Source: Clostridia bacterium (GTDB lineage: Bacteria > Bacillota > Clostridia > UBA1381). Taken from it: 37,514 nucleotides of DNA. The position numbers and the translations under genes were made by a program. The stretch is from positions 1 through 37,514 of the forward strand of contig JAZROS010000132.1 in assembly GCA_045648825.1 (NCBI GenBank). Direction: 5' to 3'. Positions 1-6,466 of the stretch are shown here, piece by piece (the stretch's first letter is position 1; every line of letters begins with the position of its first letter). The notes beneath the pieces are model-generated. The model made no database searches, was not told the DNA's origin, and saw only the letters and a program-made list of their open reading frames with translations.

Positions 1-141
1 AATTTTATCCTGTGTAAGATAGTCAACAATTCTGTCGCCAAGCTTATCAATTGCTGTAAGTGTGTTGCAATTGTATGTCTGCATATCGAATCTGTTCTGA
101 AGGTTCATCTTTTCGAGGTCACAGCAACAATCGGAAATCTG
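1..141. repeat. Terminal direct repeat, copy 1. Identical to 37374-37514 (assembly overlap of a circular genome, or true terminal redundancy).
   Basis: Read by eye: aattttatcctgtgtaagatagtcaac...acagcaacaatcggaaatctg occurs at both window ends with no mismatch noticed. Confidence 0.95.
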
Positions 142-606
142 TTTAGAAATATTCCAACTGTTTCTCTCATTGCCGTAAGCAACATCTTTAATTTCGCCCT
201 TAATACCACAGCAACAATCAGCCAACTGTGTTTGTATTGCATTTGTGTTCTGCAATGCCTGATATCCAAGTGTGCAGATTGCATTATCAACTGAACGGAA
301 ATTGTTGTTAAGTGTGTTTGTCAACTGGAACGTGCTATCACAGATACCATTGTTAATTCCGTCGAGTTTTCTTTCGATAGTTGCAAAGTCAGTAGCAAGT
401 ACATAGTTTTCGCCTACGCCACTACCACCGCCGTAACCTCCACCGAAGCCACCGCCAAAACCTCTACCGCCATAACCGAACAGAAGAAGAATTACAATCC
501 AAGCCCAATCGTTTCCGAAAAAGCCATTGTTACCATAACCGCCACCATTAGTTGCATCTCTACCAACTGCGTAGCCTGTTGCGAAATCATTTGAATTATC
601 CATCAT
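1..606 (-). CDS. N-terminal 202 codons of a junction-spanning gene. The full product is a 268-aa Gly-rich, single-TM protein with Cys clusters; it continues in frame at 37373->37173.
   Basis: Own translation from ATGATG at 606-601 (AAAGGA SD upstream): MMDNSNDFATGYAVGRDATNGGGYGNNGFFGNDWAWIVILLLFGYGGRGFGGGFGGGYGGGSGVGENYVLATDF...ADCCCGIKGE...SDCCCDLEKMNLQ. No stop occurs down to base 1. The frame matches track ORF 37173..37481 (606-108 = 498 nt). It is absent from the track because it runs off the window edge. Confidence 0.7.
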   Translation of the reverse strand, partial: MMDNSNDFATGYAVGRDATNGGGYGNNGFFGNDWAWIVILLLFGYGGRGFGGGFGGGYGGGSGVGENYVLATDFATIERKLDGINNGICDSTFQLTNTLNNNFRSVDNAICTLGYQALQNTNAIQTQLADCCCGIKGEIKDVAYGNERNSWNISKQISDCCCDLEKMNLQNRFDMQTYNCNTLTAIDKLGDRIVDYLTQDKI

Positions 607-672
607 ATTTTTTCATCCTTTCATAAGAATAAATTTTATATGTTAAATCGTGTGCACCCGATTATAACCGTG

Positions 673-885
673 TTAAATATCTTCGCCCATTGCCTGAACT
701 ACTTGCTGTGCTATTTGGGAAAATCTGTTGAAATCCTGTTGCGACATTCTTCCTGTCTGCAAAAGTCTTTCTACTTCCTGACGAGGATTTCCATTAAATT
801 GATTTTTGAAATTTCTTGCTTGCTTTATAAGGTCAGCCATTGGGTTTGATTGTTTACCCATCATATTGAACAAAGGATTTGACAT
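673..885 (-). CDS. Hypothetical protein (70 aa)
   Basis: Track ORF. The ATG is preceded by a GAGGAA SD and the gene is tightly packed with its neighbours. No motif recognised. Confidence 0.6.
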   Translation of the reverse strand: MSNPLFNMMGKQSNPMADLIKQARNFKNQFNGNPRQEVERLLQTGRMSQQDFNRFSQIAQQVVQAMGEDI

Positions 886-888
886 AGT

Positions 889-1413
889 TTATTCCTCGCT
901 TTCTTTTGTTTTTTTGCTTATTGTTTTCGCTTTTTCTACAACAGGGTGTGAGAGTTCTTCATACTTTGCCGTTAAATCGTCAATTTTGCCTTTTAAATCA
1001 TTTATTTGTTCTTTTGTGGCAAATTTATCACCGCAAGTACATTTGTGCGTTGTAGGCTCGTTTTTATCCTTTTCTGTGCGTTCTGTAAAATCATATATCT
1101 GCATTGACGGAACACCCTGTGCATTCGCGGTTTTGATATAGAATGTTTTGTTGTTTTTATCCCACAATACAACAGAATTATTTGGAGCGACAGGGTATGC
1201 ACTCGCTTCATTTTCATTTAAGACAAAAAGCATATCATTTGTCGGTTGTGTCTGAATAAACGGTGTAGGTGTCTGCATTGGCATCTGTTGCATTGTTTGT
1301 TGAACAGGAATTTGCTGATTTGTCTGCATGTTTGACATATCCTGTTGTGGTATTGATGGATTATAATATCCCATCGGTCTTGAATATGGTGCATAATAAG
1401 GTGTATAAGCCAT
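889..1413 (-). CDS. Hypothetical protein with a Q/P/M/Y-rich low-complexity N-terminus (174 aa)
   Basis: Track ORF with a GGAGAA SD. The first ~60 residues read YYAPYSRPMGYYNPSIPQQDMSNMQTNQQIPVQQTMQQMPMQTPTPFIQTQ. The C-terminal part has HKCTCG and a charged helical tail. Confidence 0.65.
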   Translation of the reverse strand: MAYTPYYAPYSRPMGYYNPSIPQQDMSNMQTNQQIPVQQTMQQMPMQTPTPFIQTQPTNDMLFVLNENEASAYPVAPNNSVVLWDKNNKTFYIKTANAQGVPSMQIYDFTERTEKDKNEPTTHKCTCGDKFATKEQINDLKGKIDDLTAKYEELSHPVVEKAKTISKKTKESEE

Positions 1414-1416
1414 AAT

Positions 1417-1797
1417 TTAATTCTCCTTTTTATAGTAATAAATTGGTACTTCTCCGGAACTATCCCAACTATCATACAAAACATTGTCGATAACACAAAC
1501 TGCGTGACTTCCTGTGCCAATAACATATGTTCCACGTGAAACATTTTGGCAAAAATCTTTTATTGTGTAACATTCGGGGCAATCATTTGAAACAATTTCC
1601 CTTGTGAATCCTTTTGATTTGAGGTAAGCATTCCAAACCGCGTTGCTTGAACCCCAATCACCCATAATATAGCCAAGCAAAGATAATTCAATGTAAGTTT
1701 CTTCCCAAGATTGGTTTAATGCTTTTGATATTGCTCTTATAACACAATCTCCCACTCGCTTATTTTTAATTGGATTTGGGTTATAATAACTATACAT
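1417..1797 (-). CDS. Small protein with an ordered Cys...His...Asp triad; possible papain-like (clan CA) peptidase or amidase fold.
   Basis: Track ORF (126 aa). It shows VGDCVIRA, then GTGSHAVCVID, then YDSWD in the order expected for a Cys-His-Asp catalytic core. This is inference from motif order only. Confidence 0.6.
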   Translation of the reverse strand: MYSYYNPNPIKNKRVGDCVIRAISKALNQSWEETYIELSLLGYIMGDWGSSNAVWNAYLKSKGFTREIVSNDCPECYTIKDFCQNVSRGTYVIGTGSHAVCVIDNVLYDSWDSSGEVPIYYYKKEN

Positions 1798-1921
1798 TTT
1801 CTTTTTTCCATTCCCATTTCAACATTCCGTCATTTATCAATGCCACAATGGTTGCATAAGCCGTTATAAAATCAAGGTCTTTTAGGTCATTATGATTTTT
1901 AATATACTGTGATATGTTCAA
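1790..1921 (-). CDS. Small hypothetical protein (43 aa, TTG start)
   Basis: Own translation: MNISQYIKNHNDLKDLDFITAYATIVALINDGMLKWEWKKENV. An AAAGGAG SD lies 8 nt upstream of the TTG, and the 3' end overlaps the next start. Below the track's size cut-off. Confidence 0.4.
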   Translation of the reverse strand: MNISQYIKNHNDLKDLDFITAYATIVALINDGMLKWEWKKENV

Positions 1922-1945
1922 AACAATCAACTCCTTTATGGTCAA

Positions 1946-1956
1946 AATATAACATA
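1946..1956 (-). promoter_or_regulatory. Possible extended -10 promoter (TATGT-TATATT) for the post-lysis accessory genes
   Basis: Minus strand reads TTTTTTTATGTTATATTTTGACC directly after the terminator: a TRTGn motif plus TATATT, with no -35 element. Confidence 0.3.
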
Positions 1957-1988
1957 AAAAAAGACAAGAAGCCTTTCAACTTCTTGTC
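1955..1988 (-). terminator. Intrinsic terminator ending the late/lysis operon
   Basis: 9-bp stem GACAAGAAG/CTTCTTGTC (1963-1971 / 1980-1988) with an 8-nt loop, followed on the minus strand by T7. Confidence 0.8.
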
Positions 1989-2002
1989 AATTTCTTGTCA
2001 AT
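1981..2002. repeat. Tandem 2 x 11-bp repeat TTCTTGTCAAT (minus strand: ATTGACAAGAA x2)
   Basis: Read by eye. The first copy forms the 5' arm of the terminator stem on the minus strand. Confidence 0.8.
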
Positions 2003-2003
2003 A

Positions 2004-2210
2004 TTAAATTACTTTTTTAACTTTCTTTGTAATACTTTTTATCCGTCTTGATACTGTACTTTCCGACATATTCAATTCAAGTGATATCGAAATAATGCTT
2101 TTGCCTTTTCGTCTTAAATCAAATACCGCTATTTCATCTTCCGTAAAAGGACATTCGGAAAGAAAATATTCATATTCAGTACGGGTAAAGTCAAATTTGT
2201 TCAGCGGAAA
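2004..2210 (-). CDS. Sigma-70 region-4 / LuxR-type HTH protein (candidate late regulator). The reading frame lacks a canonical start codon.
   Basis: Own translation of a 68-codon open frame: FPLNKFDFTRTEYEYFLSECPFTEDEIAVFDLRRKGKSIISISLELNMSESTVSRRIKSITKKVKKVI. This shows the ...LT..E..VF.L...G.S...IA..L..S..TV..R...I..K pattern typical of region 4. The only in-frame start candidate is CTG at 2204. A 14-codon ORF (ATG 2245, MEMPKAKQQGSDFR) sits one frame away. Confidence 0.55.
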   Translation of the reverse strand, partial: FPLNKFDFTRTEYEYFLSECPFTEDEIAVFDLRRKGKSIISISLELNMSESTVSRRIKSITKKVKKVI

Positions 2211-2268
2211 TCACTTCCTTGTTGCTTTGCCTTTGGCATTTCCATTTTTCTTTTTACGGACTTTCTTT

Positions 2269-2547
2269 TTAACGGTTATCTTCTGCCCCATTTAATATAT
2301 CACCATTTTCTCCGATATAATTGTTTACTCCTTCTCCGTCTTGCTCAACAATCATTTCATAACTTTCAAAATCATATTGGTATAAATACCACACAAACCC
2401 GCCAATAGTTGCAAGCCACATTGAAAGAATAACCATACAAGCAATGAACCATCTTTTTGCCTGTGCTGAATATCCTTTTAATAATTCCATTGCAAAGCTG
2501 TCTGTTTTTGTTTCGTGAGTTCCGCAAGAATTACAAGTTTTGCTCAT
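2269..2547 (-). CDS. Membrane protein of the lysis cassette (N-terminal CxxC, one TM)
   Basis: Track ORF 2269..2562. The ATG at 2547 has GAGGTG 7 nt upstream. Features are MSKTCNSCG... and the TM segment WFIACMVILSMWLATIGGFVWYLY. Confidence 0.6.
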   Translation of the reverse strand: MSKTCNSCGTHETKTDSFAMELLKGYSAQAKRWFIACMVILSMWLATIGGFVWYLYQYDFESYEMIVEQDGEGVNNYIGENGDILNGAEDNR

Positions 2548-2558
2548 TTTTATACACC

Positions 2559-2837
2559 TCATTTGAAATTAAAATACAAAAATGCTACTATGCCTGTAAT
2601 TATACACCCAAGAACCGCAGTTGTCAACCAATTGTTAAATTTTAAACCACTTTTGGTTTCGCTTCGCATTTGTTTTATTTCATTTGCCATAAGGTCAATG
2701 CGTTTGTCATCGTTGGCAAATTTAGAATTAACTTGTTCCTGCTTATCATTGCAATCATCTATTTGCACAAAGATATTTTTGCACTCAGCAATGACCTCTT
2801 TTTTTATAGCCGTTATTTCTTCGTGTGTCAATGCCAT
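2559..2837 (-). CDS. XhlA-like lysis-associated membrane protein (coiled coil plus C-terminal TM)
   Basis: Track ORF (92 aa). It has a helical N-terminal part and the C-terminal anchor WLTTAVLGCIITGIVAFLYF. It sits in the lysis cluster, as xhlA does in PBSX-type cassettes. Confidence 0.5.
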   Translation of the reverse strand: MALTHEEITAIKKEVIAECKNIFVQIDDCNDKQEQVNSKFANDDKRIDLMANEIKQMRSETKSGLKFNNWLTTAVLGCIITGIVAFLYFNFK

Positions 2838-3037
2838 TACTTATCCTCCGATATATTTGTCTTGTTGTTTTTTTGAAAATAGCTTGTAAATACAGAACTT
2901 GCAATTGAAACAAAAAGAGTTTTAATCGCTTCATCTTCAATCTGTATGTTAACAAATATAATTGTAACAAGTGTTACTGCAATTAGAATTGTCAAAAGGC
3001 TTTTCAAATCAAATAAGTTTTCAATCTTTTTAAGCAT
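2837..3037 (-). CDS. Putative holin (66 aa, two hydrophobic segments, charged C-terminus)
   Basis: Track ORF. Hydrophobic segments LLTILIAVTLVTIIFV and LFVSIASSVFTSYF are followed by a polar tail. It has a TAATG overlap with the endolysin stop. Confidence 0.55.
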   Translation of the reverse strand: MLKKIENLFDLKSLLTILIAVTLVTIIFVNIQIEDEAIKTLFVSIASSVFTSYFQKNNKTNISEDK

Positions 3038-3759
3038 TATAAAGTCCCCCTTAAATAATTCGCCATTTTATAACACAACCAATAAATATCTTCGTCATCC
3101 TTGCATTTTTGCAACCATTTGTCAGTTTCGTTCAAAATCCTTTTATTTGAAAGTTCCCAAACAATGTCCTTTGTATCTCTTAATGGTTCGTTTTTGCATT
3201 TTGTTGTTATTCCTAAATGCTCACATACACCATCAAAAATAGCTTCTGCAAATTCATCTGATTTATTGTCTAAAAGATATGCTTCTTGTGGGTTGGATAT
3301 AAACGCCATTTCAACAAGAATAGCAGGCATATTGGTATGTTTAAGAACGGCAAGGTCAGGTCTTTCTTTTATGCCCCTGTCAGTCATTCCCAAATTTCTC
3401 ACAATAGAATCATTAACCTTTTCTGCAAGTTTTTCAGCTTTGCCGTGTTTGGCATATATGAGTGTTTCTGTCCCCCTTGCAGAAGGTTGAATAAAAGAAT
3501 TGGTATGTATCGAAATAAAATAGTCGCAGTTGTTTTTGTTTGCTATTCTATATCTTTCATTTACCGCTTCTTTTTCATTTGTGCCGATGTTTGTGTGCAA
3601 TGTTGGTCTTGTCATAACCGTTTCAACGCCAACCCTCTGCAATAATTCATTCAATTTTTGAGCAATTACAAAAGTGACATCTTGCTCTCTCAAACCATTT
3701 CTTTCTGCACCTGTATCAAATCCTGAATAGTTATGTCCTGCATCTATACAGATTTTCAT
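3037..3759 (-). CDS. N-acetylmuramoyl-L-alanine amidase (Amidase_3 type), endolysin
   Basis: Motifs MKICIDAGHN...GFDTGA, ...YFISIHTNS, ...RGTETLIY, ...PAILVEMAFISNPQEA are the zinc-amidase (CwlD/Amidase_3) signature. The ATG at 3759 has AAGGTG 6 nt upstream; the track begins at GTG 3768. Confidence 0.9.
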   Translation of the reverse strand: MKICIDAGHNYSGFDTGAERNGLREQDVTFVIAQKLNELLQRVGVETVMTRPTLHTNIGTNEKEAVNERYRIANKNNCDYFISIHTNSFIQPSARGTETLIYAKHGKAEKLAEKVNDSIVRNLGMTDRGIKERPDLAVLKHTNMPAILVEMAFISNPQEAYLLDNKSDEFAEAIFDGVCEHLGITTKCKNEPLRDTKDIVWELSNKRILNETDKWLQKCKDDEDIYWLCYKMANYLRGTL

Positions 3760-3760
3760 A

Positions 3761-4024
3761 TTATTCACCTTTAATATCTTTCATAAGTTCTTTGATTTCA
3801 TCATATTTCTTTTCTTCGGTAAGTTCAACAACTTTTCTGATGTTATCAAAATCACCCTTGTTATAAAGATAAGAAATATCTTCATAAGATTTTGTGTAAA
3901 TTTCAAGAGCCTTTACCATTGCATCATTATCTTCACCCTCGTTGATAAGCATTCTCTGTGCAACGCCAATGTCGACATTTTCTGCTTTTGCTTTTTTCAT
4001 AATCTTTTTAATTAATTTAAACAT
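3761..4024 (-). CDS. Hypothetical protein (87 aa)
   Basis: Track ORF with a GAGGAA SD, lying between the tail fibre genes and the endolysin. Confidence 0.6.
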   Translation of the reverse strand: MFKLIKKIMKKAKAENVDIGVAQRMLINEGEDNDAMVKALEIYTKSYEDISYLYNKGDFDNIRKVVELTEEKKYDEIKELMKDIKGE

Positions 4025-4027
4025 AGT

Positions 4028-4201
4028 TTATTCCTCCGTATTTTCAATATTTTCATTTTGTTTTGCTTTTATTTTTTTGTATTCCTCAACAGATATTTCG
4101 TGAAATTCTGAAGCTTTTCTGTCATCGCCAAGCGTTAATATTTTGCCGAAAATTTCACCGTCTGTTAAAATCATATTTTCACTTGCATAAATCTCATTCA
4201 T
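4028..4201 (-). CDS. Hypothetical protein (57 aa)
   Basis: Track ORF 4028..4222. The ATG at 4201 lies 5 nt after GAGGTG and downstream of the preceding stop. Confidence 0.5.
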   Translation of the reverse strand: MNEIYASENMILTDGEIFGKILTLGDDRKASEFHEISVEEYKKIKAKQNENIENTEE

Positions 4202-4211
4202 ACAATCACCT

Positions 4212-4901
4212 CTAAATCTCACTTATTGTAACTCCGCTCGGTTTCAATGCTTTTACTTCATCCCAAGTCATGCCATTTGGGAACACCGCATTATTCACCG
4301 CCTTTTGTGAAAGTGTTAAAGTTACACCACTCGCGGCAGAATAAAAATGGGTTACGGTATCATAAATGCTTTCACCATCCAAATTTTCACAATCAGACAT
4401 ATCTAAATTCTGCCCGATTTCTCCACCCCATCTTACATGAACAAGATTTCTATCAAAAGTAAACCAATTTGTGAACAATTGGTCTTTATTTACGGTTATC
4501 TTTTGAATTTTTCTTAACATACCGCAATTGTTGAATACATACAAAGAACCTGATGTAATGACAATCTCGGTAAGGATTTCTTCAATATAGCCGTTTGCTC
4601 TAAACATACTGTTCCCGCCATTTGTTCCATAAATACCACCTGCCGATGAAGCTAACCCTGTACCTAATATCGGGTATTTAGCTTTTAAAACAGGAAATGG
4701 ATATGCATCATAAGCAAAGAAATATGGGTAAAATATTCTGTTGCCATAGTTCTGTATAATGTCCCAATTATGGTCAATCCCTGCACTATAAACTTCATCA
4801 ATTTTACTTTCAAACTGCGAGGGTGCAATCAAATCTTGATTTCCCAAAAAAAATCTTATTTCGTCAGCAATAGGCTTGGTTAATTCACTTAATAAACTCA
4901 T
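4212..4901 (-). CDS. Tail fibre / receptor-binding region protein (position-based)
   Basis: Track ORF 4212..4916. The ATG at 4901 has GGGAGG 7 nt upstream and an ATGA overlap with the upstream stop. It is the last large gene of the tail module. Confidence 0.5.
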   Translation of the reverse strand: MSLLSELTKPIADEIRFFLGNQDLIAPSQFESKIDEVYSAGIDHNWDIIQNYGNRIFYPYFFAYDAYPFPVLKAKYPILGTGLASSAGGIYGTNGGNSMFRANGYIEEILTEIVITSGSLYVFNNCGMLRKIQKITVNKDQLFTNWFTFDRNLVHVRWGGEIGQNLDMSDCENLDGESIYDTVTHFYSAASGVTLTLSQKAVNNAVFPNGMTWDEVKALKPSGVTISEI

Positions 4902-5176
4902 ACAGGAACCTCCCAACTATCCAAAATGGATGTCCTTATACTATCATCAACATATTTCTTGATTACTTTGTTTTGAACAGGGTTGGTTGATGTATCAGAC
5001 ATTTTATCATCAACTGTTATTGAACCACCTGCTCCACCGCCGCCTGTTCCATTTTCTTCAAGTTCGATTACTGCCCTTGCTATTTCGTTGATTGGTTCAA
5101 CTGTTAAATCACTGCCACTATCAGGAATACCCTCAATTTTATTTTCAAGGTCTTGCCAAGTATCTTTTAATGCCAT
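4898..5176 (-). CDS. Tail fibre-associated protein with a Gly linker (92 aa)
   Basis: Track ORF with an AGAGGTG SD. It has a GTGGGGAGGS linker and a TSTNPVQNKVIKKYVD motif of the kind seen in fibre stems. This is inference. Confidence 0.5.
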   Translation of the reverse strand: MALKDTWQDLENKIEGIPDSGSDLTVEPINEIARAVIELEENGTGGGGAGGSITVDDKMSDTSTNPVQNKVIKKYVDDSIRTSILDSWEVPV

Positions 5177-5188
5177 ATTTTAACACCT

Positions 5189-5623
5189 CTATTCTATTTT
5201 AAACAACGAACTATCAATTACATTTGCTCTTATATATACATTCATTTTAAACGTAGAAGGTGAAGAAGCGGGATATAAATTTTCGATAGTTATATAAATT
5301 TTATCACCCTTTGCGACTTCTACATCCCAATAATATTTCAAGTCATCATTTTTCGGTGAAACTGTTGCAGAATGAATAACCGTGTTATTTTTCCACACAC
5401 TAATCGTGGCGGTTTGCACACCATTATTATTATTAGCTGATGTTTCATAACCTACAGAAATTTTGCCTGATGTTTTTGTGACAAATGTCGATGTAGTTTT
5501 ATTTGTTGGATTAAGATTTATTGTCGTTTCATTACTAAACAAAATAGCTCCGTTTGAATTAGGATAAAATCTTAAATTTTTCTTTATTCTTTTTTCTGTC
5601 AAGAATAAAAGCTTCCAATCCAT
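5189..5623 (-). CDS. Hypothetical tail-module protein (144 aa, beta-rich)
   Basis: Track ORF with a TAATG overlap to the upstream gene. Its S/T/N-rich, beta-sandwich-like composition is suggestive only. Confidence 0.55.
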   Translation of the reverse strand: MDWKLLFLTEKRIKKNLRFYPNSNGAILFSNETTINLNPTNKTTSTFVTKTSGKISVGYETSANNNNGVQTATISVWKNNTVIHSATVSPKNDDLKYYWDVEVAKGDKIYITIENLYPASSPSTFKMNVYIRANVIDSSLFKIE

Positions 5624-6015
5624 TACTTAACCACCTCGCTTATAACATTGCCATCTGCATTGATTTCTGTTGTTTTTGTTATTGTTTTTTCACCTTCAAA
5701 AACTTCAACAACTGTGATGCTTCCATCTTCATTTTCTGTTACTGTTGTTGTATAAACAGAATTGTCATCTTGATTTGTTTCTGTAATAATTGTTACATTG
5801 CCGTTTTCAATAATATTTGTTTGAGAATTTTTGAATCCTTGCACCGCCATCATATTTTCACGATTTATGGGTGTTCCCTCAACTGTTGCATCTTCTGCAT
5901 TTTCTATTGTTACGGTTTCTGTTGTGCCGTTTTCATACTTTATAATTTTTTTACCCGAAGAAACTCTATCTATAAAATCTTTCAAAATATCACTCCCCAC
6001 ATTCAAATTCGCCAC
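5623..6015 (-). CDS. Tail fibre-region protein; the true start may be TTG at 5985
   Basis: The track ORF begins at GTG 6015, inside the upstream gene. An in-frame TTG at 5985 lies 7 nt after GGGGAG and just past the upstream stop. The sequence contains a GTPINRENMMAVQGF motif. Confidence 0.55.
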   Translation of the reverse strand: MANLNVGSDILKDFIDRVSSGKKIIKYENGTTETVTIENAEDATVEGTPINRENMMAVQGFKNSQTNIIENGNVTIITETNQDDNSVYTTTVTENEDGSITVVEVFEGEKTITKTTEINADGNVISEVVK

Positions 6016-6466
6016 AAAATCTATAATCAGCTTTTACATTGCTTATCATAACATCAAGGTCATAAAGGATTTTTTCAAGAGCATTTATATCGTTGTAATG
6101 ATATGATACAGGCGATGTGTTTGGTGTGTTTTTATACACGAAAAATGCTTGTCTTAATACATTCGTGTTGTCAAGTATTCGCTGAAACTCATCAACATTG
6201 AATATATCATTTTCGCCCCATACCTTGTTTGTTATCGGTGTGTTCCAATACCCCATATCATTGAAAAGGTTTTTTAATTCTTCTTGCTTGGTTTCAATGC
6301 GGTTAAGGGTATTATATGTGATTGTACCCTTTTCAAGTGTTGCAATTTCACTTTCTGTCAATTCTTCGGGGTTTATTGGTTGCATTGTAATAGGGTCAAA
6401 TTTTACCTTTTCATTCCTTAAACGAATGGCGGTGTCAACATCGTTTTGAGTTCTATCAAAAATCAC
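5990..6466 (-). CDS. Tail fibre-region protein (158 aa)
   Basis: Track ORF with a GTGA overlap to the upstream stop. The N-terminal FDRTQNDVD...KGTITYNTLNRIE pattern resembles baseplate/fibre accessory proteins of Firmicute phages. This rests on memory, not a search. Confidence 0.55.
   Translation of the reverse strand: MIFDRTQNDVDTAIRLRNEKVKFDPITMQPINPEELTESEIATLEKGTITYNTLNRIETKQEELKNLFNDMGYWNTPITNKVWGENDIFNVDEFQRILDNTNVLRQAFFVYKNTPNTSPVSYHYNDINALEKILYDLDVMISNVKADYRFCGEFECGE

Noticed and set aside
105-290. Track ORF of 61 aa on the minus strand.
   Set aside because: It lies in an alternative frame entirely inside the uninterrupted 268-aa junction-spanning frame. It has no SD, and its Cys/His-rich composition mirrors the overlapping gene's codons.
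1002-1544. Minus-strand track ORFs 1002..1217 and 1218..1544.
   Set aside because: They are alternative frames overlapping the well-packed genes 889..1413 and 1417..1797. They have no SD and break the otherwise continuous translational coupling.
1985-2001. The two TTGACA hexamers of the 11-bp tandem repeat, considered as -35 boxes of a promoter for the accessory arm.
   Set aside because: There is no -10-like hexamer 16-18 nt downstream of either copy (AGACAA and CTTTCA on the plus strand). Only a weak extended -10 further downstream is noted.
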